IMG/VR virus record: IMGVR_UViG_3300028920_002946
Span: 118,678-182,677 of that record
From: a virus
Direction: 5' to 3' (one strand)
DNA: 64,000 nucleotides
Shown here: piece after piece, positions 1-9,182 of the stretch
How the letters are laid out: every line of letters begins with the position of its first letter
How positions within the stretch are numbered: position 1 is the stretch's first letter
The notes under the pieces: generated by a model
What the model was told of the DNA's origin: nothing
Databases searched by the model: none
What the model saw: only the letters and a program-made list of their open reading frames with translations
Made by a program: the position numbers and the translations under genes

Positions 1-275
1 CTGAGGAACTCCAGCCTCCGGATGGCCCTGCAGAGCCTGTGGCTGACGGCCCCCTGGGTGACGCCGAAGAACGCGGCGATCTCCTTCTGCTTCTTCCTGG
101 CGCGGCAGTACATCTCGATGAGGTCCTGCTCGCGCTGCGGCAGCCGGCTGATGAACTCCTGGTAGTCCTCCAGCCTGAACTGGCTGCTCTGCAGCTTGTA
201 GAAGGAGTACTTCTCGGAGGAGAAGCGGTTCTGTATCTCGAGCGGGTCCATGCTGCGATAGCGCCTTGATGACAT
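1..275 (-). CDS. Sigma-70 region 4 / HTH-containing protein (runs off window edge)
   Basis: Own translation (not in ORF track): MSSRRYRSMDPLEIQ...LPQREQDLIEMYCRARKKQKEIAAFFGVTQGAVSHRLCRAIRRLEFL, a sigma r4-type HTH; ATG at 275 with AGGTGG RBS. Confidence 0.7.
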   Translation of the reverse strand, partial: MSSRRYRSMDPLEIQNRFSSEKYSFYKLQSSQFRLEDYQEFISRLPQREQDLIEMYCRARKKQKEIAAFFGVTQGAVSHRLCRAIRRLEFL

Positions 276-288
276 CAACCACCACCTT

Positions 289-1215
289 TCAGAACAGCGA
301 GTACGTCTCCACCTTCTCGGCCGTGACGGATTCCCCGTATCTCACATTGAGGGACGAGGCGAACAGATCCCCCACGGCATCCGGATCCACTGACTTGACG
401 CTGTAGGATTTCAGCACCTCGGCCATAACCCCCTTGTCCACGGACCCCGGCGTCTCGACGATGCCGCCGACGTCCTCCCTCAGCTTCATAAGCGCCATAT
501 TTCGGTAGGCCGCGTCCCTGAATCCCTTGAAAGCCGCCCTCTCCCTCTCGGTAAGCGACGCAGCCCCCAACGCGGAGTAGAGCGCGTCAATCCCCTTGTG
601 TTCGGAGATGAGCGACGCCACGACCTTGCGCCTCACGCGGGGTATCCCGCCGAGGCCGTCGCTCTGGTCGCCGTCGAAGCTCCTGAACTGCGCCAGGAGA
701 GCCGGCGGGACGCCGAACCGTTCGACCACGGCCGACTCGTCGTAGAACCTTTCGGGCTTCTGGCCGCTTTTGGGCCTGAACACGATTATCTTGCCGTCCT
801 CGACCAACTGAAGGAAGTCTTTGTCGTTTGAATATACCACTATATGGCCGTCCTGGCAACGCCAACGCGAAACCAAGGTCGCGACGACATCGTCGGCCTC
901 CTCGTCCGGGCATCTGTATTGGTCGACGCCGCAAGCGGTTAGGAACCTTTCCAGATCCCTGACCTCGTCCATCACAGGGTTCGGGAGGCGGGTGCGGTCG
1001 GCCTTGTAGTCAGGCTTGATCTCCAGCTTCCGCCTCGAGCGGCTGTCCCACACGACGGCAAACTTGTAGCCCCGGTATCGTTTCTTCAAAGAAACGATGG
1101 TGCGCACGAAGCCGAAGAACATGCCGGACGGCCTGCCATCCGCCGTCTTCAGTTCGAAGTTGGCGTTGTGCGACCTGTGGGCCAGGTTCATGCCGTCTAT
1201 GACGAATCTGTTCAT
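289..1215 (-). CDS. 5'-3' exonuclease / flap endonuclease (PolI N-terminal-like)
   Basis: FVIDGMNLAHRS, EADDVVAT, YSNDKDFLQL, GDQSDGLGGIPRV motifs; start reassigned to MNRFVIDG. Confidence 0.9.
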   Translation of the reverse strand: MNRFVIDGMNLAHRSHNANFELKTADGRPSGMFFGFVRTIVSLKKRYRGYKFAVVWDSRSRRKLEIKPDYKADRTRLPNPVMDEVRDLERFLTACGVDQYRCPDEEADDVVATLVSRWRCQDGHIVVYSNDKDFLQLVEDGKIIVFRPKSGQKPERFYDESAVVERFGVPPALLAQFRSFDGDQSDGLGGIPRVRRKVVASLISEHKGIDALYSALGAASLTERERAAFKGFRDAAYRNMALMKLREDVGGIVETPGSVDKGVMAEVLKSYSVKSVDPDAVGDLFASSLNVRYGESVTAEKVETYSLF

Positions 1216-1223
1216 ACCGCCCC

Positions 1224-1928
1224 TCACTGTTGCTGTATCTCCATGTTGAGGACGCTGATCGGGGCCTGCACGGTGCGCGAGGACCGCTTGAACACCACGC
1301 TCGCCGTTCTCCTGTCCCGCGCGACCGACTTGACCTTCCCCTCGAGATTCTTGAACGTGCCGACCTTCGGGACGATGATATCGCCCCTCTTCGGGGCGAG
1401 ATCCTTGATGGAGGAGACGATTTGCCTCTTGAACTTGTTGATCTCCCCGCCGGTGACGGTGTCCGGGCGGTTGCCCCGTATCTCGCCCCTCAGGTACGGG
1501 CTCTGCATCTTGGCGAGCATCGACTCGGATTCCTCCGTCTTCTCGATGAAGACGTACCCCGCTATGAGGTCTATCCCGACGCACTTGTCCTTGACCCTCT
1601 CCACGTAGGCCGGTATGAAAAAGCCGGTGCGATCGCCGAATATGCGGACGATCTCGCACTCCAGGAGGTCGTACATCGTGTGCGTGTCGGACTCCTGATC
1701 GTGCAACTCGACGATCATCCACACACCGTCGCGCCTGTGCTTGGAGGACAGGTCGCGCGAGGCCGCCACATTCGCCGGCACCGCCTTCGGCCTCGTCCTC
1801 GAGCCCTTCGGCCTGCCCCTCCTTCTCTTGGGGGGGCCCGCCCCGATCGCCCTGCGCCCCCTTTTTCTCGCCACCTTCTTGGCCGGCCTGCGGCCCCGCG
1901 CCGGAGCGCGGTCAGATTTTCTCCCCAT
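1224..1928 (-). CDS. nusG: NusG-family transcription factor (NGN+KOW) with basic N-terminal extension
   Basis: WMIVE...FIPAY...IAGYVFIE (NGN) and KRGDIIVPKVGTFKNLEGKVKSV (KOW). Confidence 0.75.
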   Translation of the reverse strand: MGRKSDRAPARGRRPAKKVARKRGRRAIGAGPPKRRRGRPKGSRTRPKAVPANVAASRDLSSKHRRDGVWMIVELHDQESDTHTMYDLLECEIVRIFGDRTGFFIPAYVERVKDKCVGIDLIAGYVFIEKTEESESMLAKMQSPYLRGEIRGNRPDTVTGGEINKFKRQIVSSIKDLAPKRGDIIVPKVGTFKNLEGKVKSVARDRRTASVVFKRSSRTVQAPISVLNMEIQQQ

Positions 1929-3273
1929 CTGTGCTTCCCTTGAGAACGCGTTCCACGTCATCCCTCGAAACCGGCCGCCTGTGCGGCAGCTCCTCGATTT
2001 TCTCTTTTTGCTCGGGTCCCCAAATCTTGGACACCCTCTCCGGGACGCGTTCATCGACCCTCTGCCTTCTCCTGCCCTCCTTGTACCCTCTGACGACATC
2101 CTCCCTCTTGCCGCTCGGCAACTGCGCCAGTTCGCTTATGGACGGCGCGCGCGACACGCCAGCCTCCGGCCCCTCCTCCCGCCGGCCCTTGGCCTGCGGC
2201 CGCTCCTGCCGCGCCGGGACCTCCTGAGGCACGAACGAACCCCTTCTGAACCTGTAATGTATGATCAATAGGTCGCTCTGGAACATGGGGAGGTCGTTCA
2301 GCCTGTTCCTCGAAACTATGTAGTCCAGTACCTCGAACGCCATGGCCCCGTACTTGCGGTTCACGGCCTCGACGAGATCGCGGTACCGCCCGGGGGCGAA
2401 GGGGAGCCCGTTCGCCAGCTTCACGGCGTCGATCAGTATCCTCACGGCGAGAGCGTATATGCGGTGCACCGACATCTTGGACACGAGATAGTTGGCAAAG
2501 GTGAGCGCCTTCGCGAGATCGTCCGGGATGGTCATCAGCATACCCGCCGTCTCGTCCGTGTACATCGCCACGGCCTTCTTGACGTTGTCGCGGGTGATGT
2601 CGCCGAGCATCGACACCTGCCGCAGCCTGTTCTCGGCGTCGCGGTAGTGCCTCCCGACTGCCCTGACGATCTCGTCGAGCGCGCCGTCCTCGTGCTCCAG
2701 GCCCTTCGCCACGCATATCATCTCCAGCTTCGACCGGATGTTCCCGTCGCTCGGCTCCTGGATGGAGAACTCCATGCACCTCGACCGCAGGGTCTGGTGC
2801 ATCTTCTCCGGGGCCGTGGTGCAGAATATGATGATGACATTGGGGTCGCGTTTCTCCAAATGCGTCAGGAGCGCGTCCTTGCCCGCGTCCGATATGTCGT
2901 GCGCCTCGTCGAAGAGGATTATCTTGCGGCTGGACAGGGTTTCGTAGCGGAGGCTGTCCTTGATGTCCTGGATCCTCTCCTTGGTGCCCTGGTTGGCGGC
3001 GTCTATCTCGAGGTAGGCCGAGTTCCTGTCCTCCAAGAACTCCCGGCAGGATCGGCACTCGTTGCAGGGGGACATGTCCCCGCGCCGGTTCTCGCACAGC
3101 ACGGCCCGCGCGAATATCCTCCCGAGCGTGGTCTTCCCCGTGGCGTGCGACCCGCCGAAGATGTAGCCCTGGTCGTAGTCCTGCCTGCGCAGGATGTTGC
3201 GCAGTATCTCCTTGACGTCCTCCAACCCGAGGACCTCGTCGAACACCAGCGGTCTGAACTCTACACCGAACAA
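1912..3273 (-). CDS. dnaX: DNA polymerase III gamma/tau-like clamp loader subunit
   Basis: FRPLVFDEVLG, Walker A ATGKTT, C4 zinc CEN..PCNECRSC, EIDAAN, DEAH, SRC motif. Confidence 0.9.
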   Translation of the reverse strand: MFGVEFRPLVFDEVLGLEDVKEILRNILRRQDYDQGYIFGGSHATGKTTLGRIFARAVLCENRRGDMSPCNECRSCREFLEDRNSAYLEIDAANQGTKERIQDIKDSLRYETLSSRKIILFDEAHDISDAGKDALLTHLEKRDPNVIIIFCTTAPEKMHQTLRSRCMEFSIQEPSDGNIRSKLEMICVAKGLEHEDGALDEIVRAVGRHYRDAENRLRQVSMLGDITRDNVKKAVAMYTDETAGMLMTIPDDLAKALTFANYLVSKMSVHRIYALAVRILIDAVKLANGLPFAPGRYRDLVEAVNRKYGAMAFEVLDYIVSRNRLNDLPMFQSDLLIIHYRFRRGSFVPQEVPARQERPQAKGRREEGPEAGVSRAPSISELAQLPSGKREDVVRGYKEGRRRQRVDERVPERVSKIWGPEQKEKIEELPHRRPVSRDDVERVLKGSTDGEKI

Positions 3274-3845
3274 GTGTCACCCCGTTTCTTCTTTTTTCGC
3301 ACCATCTCGCATCGGCCCGTGCCCTCCCCGGGCAGCGAGCCGACCCCAACATACCCGCCCACGGTCTCCGAAGCCGGCCTGCTGAGCATCACGACCTTGT
3401 ACTCCCGAAGCCGGTTGGACTTTATCACGTCGGAGATGGAGGCTGCGAAATCCTTCGGCTTGACGTACATGTCGACAAGCACGGGCCTCAAGGTTTTCCA
3501 TTCGCCGCCTTTGAAACTGATGGAGGGCTTCTTGACGCTTTCGCCCACGGTGTACGTTCTCCTGAACCACCTCGTGTAGAGGGGGATCTCCGCCCACCCG
3601 ACGCGCTGCAGGTCAATCTTGCCCCGATCCACCCCGAACCCCGACACATAGTCGGCAATGGACTCGGCGTCCCAGCCGAACTTTGACACATAGTGGCCAT
3701 AACTCGACCTATCGAGGGCTTTGAGCGCCGTCCGAAGGAGGCTCCTGCCGGGCCGAAAGGCGAAATCAATGCTCCATTCGCCCGACTTCGTGCACCTCAA
3801 GCCGGTGGATTCCATGATTTTGACCACCTCGGACTGTGACTTCAT
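3261..3845 (-). CDS. Hypothetical protein
   Basis: ATGA overlap with primase stop; MKSQSEVVK start. Confidence 0.6.
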   Translation of the reverse strand: MKSQSEVVKIMESTGLRCTKSGEWSIDFAFRPGRSLLRTALKALDRSSYGHYVSKFGWDAESIADYVSGFGVDRGKIDLQRVGWAEIPLYTRWFRRTYTVGESVKKPSISFKGGEWKTLRPVLVDMYVKPKDFAASISDVIKSNRLREYKVVMLSRPASETVGGYVGVGSLPGEGTGRCEMVRKKKKRGDTCSV

Positions 3846-4543
3846 GCGGCGTCCTCCTGCAGCACGCGGGGGACGCGCGACTTGACATGCCTCACGAACC
3901 TGTCCGGCCCCATCACCTTGAGAAGGTCGTTGGCGTCCGAGTCCCCCATGCTCACGAACTCCAGCCTCGACGTCCCGTACTCCTGGGCCAGCTTGTACCG
4001 CCCTATGTCTCCGGCCTTGTCCTGGTCGAACACGACGATGACGAGGTCCACCAGGAACGTGAGCAGTTCGTACTGGGCCTTCCCGAGGAAGGATGTCAGG
4101 CAGGCGACGGAGTTGGGGAACGCCTTGGAGAAGGCCATGCAGTTGAACGCGCCCTCGTGCACGAACACCCTCCTCGTCCTGCGGATTTCCGGCAGCGCCT
4201 CGCGCAGCCCGAAGAAGGCGCCGATGGCCTTCGCCTCGGACAGCAGGAACTGCACGTACCTCTTCTCCGACAGCGCGCGCGTCTGCAGCCCGTTCACGTT
4301 GCCGAGGATGTTGCGCAGCGGGATGAGGATGCGGTTCTCGAGCCCCTTGAACCCGTAGCTGGCCTCCTTGAGGTCCTCGTAGTCGGGCGACTTCGACTTG
4401 GGGGGCCGCGCCACACGGGTGTACCCGATGCCCCACTTGGACATGTCCCCCGTGGAGAAGCCGCGCGACGCCATGTAGCGCACCGCCTCCTCGTGCTCCA
4501 GGGCGGACCGGGAGGCCCTATCGACCAGACCGTCGAGATACAC
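3842..4543 (-). CDS. DnaG-like primase catalytic core (TOPRIM), no zinc-binding domain
   Basis: RILIPLRN, VHEGAFNC, VFDQDKAG, DANDLL motifs. Confidence 0.8.
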   Translation of the reverse strand: MYLDGLVDRASRSALEHEEAVRYMASRGFSTGDMSKWGIGYTRVARPPKSKSPDYEDLKEASYGFKGLENRILIPLRNILGNVNGLQTRALSEKRYVQFLLSEAKAIGAFFGLREALPEIRRTRRVFVHEGAFNCMAFSKAFPNSVACLTSFLGKAQYELLTFLVDLVIVVFDQDKAGDIGRYKLAQEYGTSRLEFVSMGDSDANDLLKVMGPDRFVRHVKSRVPRVLQEDAA

Positions 4544-5012
4544 GTCCCTTGCCTTTCTTCCCTGAGGGCTTCCCGGCGGCCCGCCTTGCGGGCTTTTTGG
4601 CCGTTTTCGCCCCCGGTTTCTCGAGCCTGAACAGAGCCTGCTTCCTCTCCTTGAGAATGTCGTCCAAAACCCATGCCGGCATGGGCGAGAAAAGTTCGAG
4701 CTCGGTCCCCGGGAACCTCCGCGGCATGACCTCCTCGATCACCATGCCACGCTGGCCGTCATTGACCAGCTCGGGGTAGAATATGGACAGGACGAACTTG
4801 AAGTCGCGCGGATCCAGCTTGCCCCACTTGCCCGACTTCTCCCGGGCCTCCAGAAGCATCCGGCCCTCCTCGGTGTCCCAATCGAACACCTTCGACACGC
4901 GGGCCAGCCTGTTGGCCATCGGGATGTTGAAACGGGGGTTCGCGTCGCGGAGCCACCTGTCGGCGTGCGCCGTGATGAATACGACCCTGTTGAGAAGTTC
5001 GCTGTCCTCCAT
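4518..5012 (-). CDS. Hypothetical protein with Lys/Ala-rich tail
   Basis: ORF directly downstream of a TATATT promoter at 5018-5046. Confidence 0.6.
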   Translation of the reverse strand: MEDSELLNRVVFITAHADRWLRDANPRFNIPMANRLARVSKVFDWDTEEGRMLLEAREKSGKWGKLDPRDFKFVLSIFYPELVNDGQRGMVIEEVMPRRFPGTELELFSPMPAWVLDDILKERKQALFRLEKPGAKTAKKPARRAAGKPSGKKGKGRVSRRSGR

Positions 5013-5017
5013 GCCTA

Positions 5018-5046
5018 AATATAACGGCATGGCAGGCGGAAATTAA
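5018..5046 (-). promoter_or_regulatory. Sigma70-like promoter TTAATT-17-TATATT
   Basis: Same TATATT -10 and 17-nt spacer as other promoters in the window. Confidence 0.6.
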
Positions 5047-5077
5047 ACGGGATCCTCAGGTTCGGTCGCATTAACCG

Positions 5078-5407
5078 CTAAAGCGAGCGTATGATGTCGA
5101 GGACGTCGATATCCCTCTGAAGCAGATGGTGCAGCTCCTCCATGCTCCTCGTGCTCACGATATCCTTCGCCTCGGCGCTCAGCTTGGTGGCCGTGATGTT
5201 GCCGCACGGGCGCACCCTGTGCAGCCTCATCAGTTCCGTGACCGCGGAAACGGGCACCGTGAACAGCCTGTTCTGGTGCATGACGAGCACCCTGCCGCAC
5301 CCGGCGCATATGATCATGACCGGGCTGGCCTCCTCGCACACCATCTTCGTCTGCGTCTGGCACGTGGGGCACTTCACCAGGTATTCGGACATTTCGACTT
5401 CATTCAT
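5078..5407 (-). CDS. Zinc-ribbon hypothetical protein
   Basis: CPTC and CAGC pairs. Confidence 0.6.
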   Translation of the reverse strand: MNEVEMSEYLVKCPTCQTQTKMVCEEASPVMIICAGCGRVLVMHQNRLFTVPVSAVTELMRLHRVRPCGNITATKLSAEAKDIVSTRSMEELHHLLQRDIDVLDIIRSL

Positions 5408-5420
5408 GAGCCATCCCCCT

Positions 5421-5981
5421 TCAGCTGACCACGACCGACAGCGAATTCGCCAACAGGTTGACGCCGAGCGCGTGAAGGTACTCGTCGGAGGAGGATGTCA
5501 GCGCCTCCGGCACAACCACCTCGTAGTCCCTGTTCCTCAGCTCCTCCGCCGTGAAAAGCACGGCCATGTGCGTCTCGAGGCCGACGACGTGCACCCGCTC
5601 CGGCCTCGCCTTACCCAACTCCGAGTCGAGCATCGTCGCGAAGAAGGCGCTCGGCCTGGTGGCGTTCACGATGAGCTTCAAGTGGGGCTTGAACGCCTCC
5701 GGTATGTCCACGTCGTGCGACCCGACGACCGAGTGGCTCCTGCCCCTGCGGTAGAAGGTGTCGCTGGCGTGGTGCACCTCCCGCACCCCGAATATCAACC
5801 CCCCGCGCGCCCTCTGCTCGCGCAGGTAGGACTCCATCCTCACCTTCAGCACGTCCGCCCGGTCCCCGAGGTACATCGAGCCCTTCTTCGAGAACCACGC
5901 GTTCTGCAGCCCGCAGGCTATCACCGCATCCACGACGACACCGCCCGGACGACCCCCGACCACCATATCCGGATCCGGCAC
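5421..5981 (-). CDS. Isochorismatase/nicotinamidase-fold protein lacking the catalytic triad
   Basis: GLQNAWF, TRPSAFF, GLETHMAVLFTA align to xDxQND, KxxxSAF, GxxTxxCVxxTA; true start probably near 5933. Confidence 0.75.
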   Translation of the reverse strand: MPDPDMVVGGRPGGVVVDAVIACGLQNAWFSKKGSMYLGDRADVLKVRMESYLREQRARGGLIFGVREVHHASDTFYRRGRSHSVVGSHDVDIPEAFKPHLKLIVNATRPSAFFATMLDSELGKARPERVHVVGLETHMAVLFTAEELRNRDYEVVVPEALTSSSDEYLHALGVNLLANSLSVVVS

Positions 5982-6072
5982 CAGAGCGAAAGCCTTATGA
6001 CGGCCCGCCTGTCGGGTGGCGACGCGACGAACGAAAAGTCCACGAGCCTGTAGCCCTCCGAAACTTCGGCCA

Positions 6073-6306
6073 TCACCAGTCCTCCTCCGGATCCTCCCCG
6101 AGCACCTCTATGCACGCCTGGCGGAACGCCTGCTGGCGGACGTCGGCGAGGGCCTTCATCTCCTCATTGTACCGCCGCCTCTCCCTCCAGGTCAACCTCC
6201 CGAACTTGGGCTTCAGCATCCTGTCGCCATGCCCACCGAAACCGACCTCGCACGACACCTTGTCGATCACCTTCTTCAGCTTCCTCGGGACCTTCGGCCG
6301 CCTCAT
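6073..6306 (-). CDS. Small hypothetical protein
   Basis: ATGA overlap with upstream gene. Confidence 0.5.
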   Translation of the reverse strand: MRRPKVPRKLKKVIDKVSCEVGFGGHGDRMLKPKFGRLTWRERRRYNEEMKALADVRQQAFRQACIEVLGEDPEEDW

Positions 6307-6791
6307 CTCGCCCCCGCCTGCTTGCAGTTGTCGGAGCAATACTTCGCGTACTTCCCCTTGTGGGAGAAAAACCTCTTGCACACGGGGCAGCGCTTCAACT
6401 CACGGATGCCGTACATCTTCAGGTAAAGGCACATGTTGTAGCACACCACGGCCTCCGGCCACGGGGCGTCGGCCGCCTTTATGGCCACATTCCTCTTCTC
6501 CCCCGCCCTGCCGCCCTGCAGCGGCTCCACGAACTCCTCCAGGGACGGCTTCATGTAGGAGTCGACGTAGTTGACGACCCGCCTGGACACGCCGTTCTCG
6601 ACGAGGTCCACGAGCATCTTTTTGAAGTCGGCCCTGAACTGCGACATGTCCGGCAGGCTCTCGACCGCCCTCCCGGCCGTCTCCGCCGTGAACCCGTGGT
6701 CTGACTCGGACAGCGCGGAAACGACGTCCTGCGCGCCCGCGTCGCCGTTGGCGAACCTCACGAAGAGTGGCTCGACCCTTCCCGCCGGCAT
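6303..6791 (-). CDS. Hypothetical protein with C-terminal CGNR-like zinc finger
   Basis: LKRCPVCKRFF...KYCSDNC. Confidence 0.65.
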   Translation of the reverse strand: MPAGRVEPLFVRFANGDAGAQDVVSALSESDHGFTAETAGRAVESLPDMSQFRADFKKMLVDLVENGVSRRVVNYVDSYMKPSLEEFVEPLQGGRAGEKRNVAIKAADAPWPEAVVCYNMCLYLKMYGIRELKRCPVCKRFFSHKGKYAKYCSDNCKQAGAR

Positions 6792-6795
6792 CGCG

Positions 6796-7116
6796 CTACC
6801 CCAGTATCCTCATGAACCTGTTCATCCTCGCCGCCCTCTTCTTCTGCGCCGAGAGGAGATGGACCTTCCTGCGCTTCGGGTCAACCCTCAGCCGGAGATC
6901 CGGCACCTTTTCGCAGCCGATCGGTATCACGAACACGGCCGCCGTGATGCCCGCCGCAATCTGCCTCTCGAGGTGGCCCAGGACATCCCCCTTGCCGACG
7001 AGCATCCCGGATCCGACGTGCTCCTCGACCATGCGGTAGGCCTCGGACACCACCTCCCGGAGCCTGTCGACGTCGAGATCCAGCCTCGGCCTTGGAACTT
7101 CGGAACCCACGGGCAC
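6796..7116 (-). CDS. Hypothetical protein
   Basis: ORF packed in the operon. Confidence 0.55.
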   Translation of the reverse strand: MPVGSEVPRPRLDLDVDRLREVVSEAYRMVEEHVGSGMLVGKGDVLGHLERQIAAGITAAVFVIPIGCEKVPDLRLRVDPKRRKVHLLSAQKKRAARMNRFMRILG

Positions 7117-7180
7117 CCCCTCATGGGCGCAGACTAAATCAACTCGTTATTACGTGTTTGACCTGCGCGACACGGCCCCG

Positions 7181-8176
7181 TCACGTAACACTTTGGTATC
7201 CCGCGGCCGCGAGGGCCCGGCGCATGCCCGAAACCAGGAACCTGCTCCCCCCGAACACCACGAGCACGGACGGGAACGGGGCGCTGTTGCTCATGCCCCC
7301 GAACTTGAGCCGGCCCTTTATGTATATGCGATATCCGTTAGAAGCGTACTCGTGCCACCACTTCGTGTCTGTACGTGAGGGTACAAGACAAACAACCATA
7401 CATCCCTGCAAACTTTCCTCATAAGCTTTCTGCATCCACTTCACCACACTTCTACCATAAGGAGGATTAAGCCACAAGGATATCTTGTCCGTCATTAAAG
7501 ATTTGATGAACCCGCCAAAAATGGGTATAATAGCGTTATGAACAACACAACCATCGCTTACTGCGCCGGGCTTTTCGATGGTGAGGGCTGTATTCACATC
7601 AAGAAAAGAATTTCCAAGGCCCCCAGCCGAAAAGAGAGGTCTCCCAACTACATGCTTACTGTCAAGCTGAAAATGGTGCACAAACCAACGATTGAACTGT
7701 TCAAGAAAGTATTCAAGGTTGGGACAATAACATTCGAGAAACCTGGAAAGAACAACAAGCGCATTGCATGGAGATGGAATGTCGCCGCCCATGATGCCAT
7801 CACAGTTCTCACAACAATGCGGCCCTACCTCAAAATCAAAGTCGGAGAAGTCGATACTGCCCTTGAATTCATCAAGATTAACACCAGATCCGTCTACGGA
7901 GTCAGAACCGTCCCTTCTCACATCCTTGCTGAAAGAGAACGACTTTACCAGAAAATGCGCTTTCTCAAGAAATTCGAATGGAAAGTGCCTGTTTGCCAAT
8001 GACCAACTACAAGACAACCCATCATCTCGTTCTGTGTAATATCGGCCACATTTGGAGTTGTCGTGCGACGCGCAGACGTCGATGTCGAAGTGGCACACGG
8101 AGTCCACGGCCTTGTAGAAGTCATCCGGGGTCTCCCACTCCGTGCTGTTGCTGCTGAACATGACCTTGGTGTCCAT
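7181..8176 (-). CDS. Phage Dam-type N6-adenine DNA methyltransferase with ~170-codon in-frame insertion
   Basis: MFSSNSTEWETP..FDIDVCAS..DDGLSCSW and WLNPPYG..LVPSRTDTKWWH..KGRLKFGG..APFPS halves flank the insert (about 7493-8002). Confidence 0.85.
   Translation of the reverse strand: MDTKVMFSSNSTEWETPDDFYKAVDSVCHFDIDVCASHDNSKCGRYYTERDDGLSCSWSLANRHFPFEFLEKAHFLVKSFSFSKDVRRDGSDSVDGSGVNLDEFKGSIDFSDFDFEVGPHCCENCDGIMGGDIPSPCNALVVLSRFLECYCPNLEYFLEQFNRWFVHHFQLDSKHVVGRPLFSAGGLGNSFLDVNTALTIEKPGAVSDGCVVHNAIIPIFGGFIKSLMTDKISLWLNPPYGRSVVKWMQKAYEESLQGCMVVCLVPSRTDTKWWHEYASNGYRIYIKGRLKFGGMSNSAPFPSVLVVFGGSRFLVSGMRRALAAAGYQSVT
7503..7531 (+). promoter_or_regulatory. Sigma70 promoter for the nested endonuclease (probably leaderless)
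   Basis: TTGATG-17-TATAAT, ATG 7 nt after the -10, no SD. Confidence 0.7.
7538..8002 (+). mobile_element. Single-motif LAGLIDADG homing endonuclease gene, antisense inside the methylase
   Basis: IAYCAGLFDGEGCIHI motif; YLKIK; lower GC than flanks. Confidence 0.9.
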
Positions 8177-8179
8177 AGG

Positions 8180-9157
8180 CTACCCCTTGAGCAACGCCTT
8201 GATGTCTATGGCCCCCGCGTCAATCCTGCCCCTGTCGTAGTACCTCCAGCGGGCCTTCCAGTTGTCCATCGCGTCCAGCTTCCTCGGCATGTGGGGCCAC
8301 GTTATGTGCTGGAAGGTCAGCTTGCCCTGTCCGTCGGTGCCCGTGTAGGACTTGGCGTTGAACTGCATCTCGCGGATCTGCTCCATGGTGCACATCGCCC
8401 GGGCGCCGCCGCCCTCGCCGGGGTTCACGAAGAACTTCATCCCCTTGAGGGCCCTACCGATTCCCGTCCGAAGGCGCTTGTACTTGCCGTAGGGCGTGCC
8501 GTAATACGCGTATCCGCTGCATATCGCGAGGATGTGCGTGTGGTGCCCCTCGTTCAGCCACCCGTTCGCGCGCGCCTGGACATACGCCTTGGTGAGCGGG
8601 AGGTTGAATATGCCCACCCCGCCGTCGGTCCATATCTTCCCGCGGTCGGTGTCGAGCATCTCGCCGAAGAACCACATGGCGGCGAACGACCTGCAGGCCG
8701 CCTCCGCCATCCCGAGGCCGCCGTCCTTGGCCTCCCAACTCTTGAAGAAATGCGTCCTGCCCCCTACCTCGTCCACGCTGGTGCATATGAACGGCACGAC
8801 GGAGTCGCCCAAGAGGGCCCCGCCGCCGAAATGCTTCGCATGAACGTCAACATACGGCTTGCGCGGGTACAGCGGCACCTTCAGGAATCCCCGCTTGGTA
8901 AACATCCTCTTGATGACGGCGGCGGTTTTCCTGTCAGACTCCCCGCGCCTGCCCATCAGAATGCCATTGAATTCCTCGCACGCCATGCCGAGCGAGAGGC
9001 AGCTCATGACAACCGAGCCGGCGGACGTCGTGACCGCCATGTCAATGAGATCCGTGATCCTCTTGTTCGTCTGGCGCTCGATGTGCTCTATCTGGGCCGT
9101 CTCGTAGGGCATCTTCGCCCCGCCGCCCTCGACGACCAAAACCACGTGCCTCTCCAT
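8180..9157 (-). CDS. Patatin-like phospholipase
   Basis: LVVEGGGAK oxyanion loop, TTSAG nucleophile elbow, TDGG catalytic Asp. Confidence 0.8.
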   Translation of the reverse strand: MERHVVLVVEGGGAKMPYETAQIEHIERQTNKRITDLIDMAVTTSAGSVVMSCLSLGMACEEFNGILMGRRGESDRKTAAVIKRMFTKRGFLKVPLYPRKPYVDVHAKHFGGGALLGDSVVPFICTSVDEVGGRTHFFKSWEAKDGGLGMAEAACRSFAAMWFFGEMLDTDRGKIWTDGGVGIFNLPLTKAYVQARANGWLNEGHHTHILAICSGYAYYGTPYGKYKRLRTGIGRALKGMKFFVNPGEGGGARAMCTMEQIREMQFNAKSYTGTDGQGKLTFQHITWPHMPRKLDAMDNWKARWRYYDRGRIDAGAIDIKALLKG

Positions 9158-9182
9158 GCCCAACCCTCCCCGGGGACGGCGG

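Noticed and set aside
7493-8002. Group I intron or intein as the explanation for the methylase insert (including the intein-like SDGCVVHN string)
   Set aside because: Under 50 nt lies outside the endonuclease ORF, so there is no room for an obvious ribozyme core. VVHN is simply the antisense reading of MNNTTIA, lies mid-insert and is followed by Ala, not Cys/Ser/Thr.
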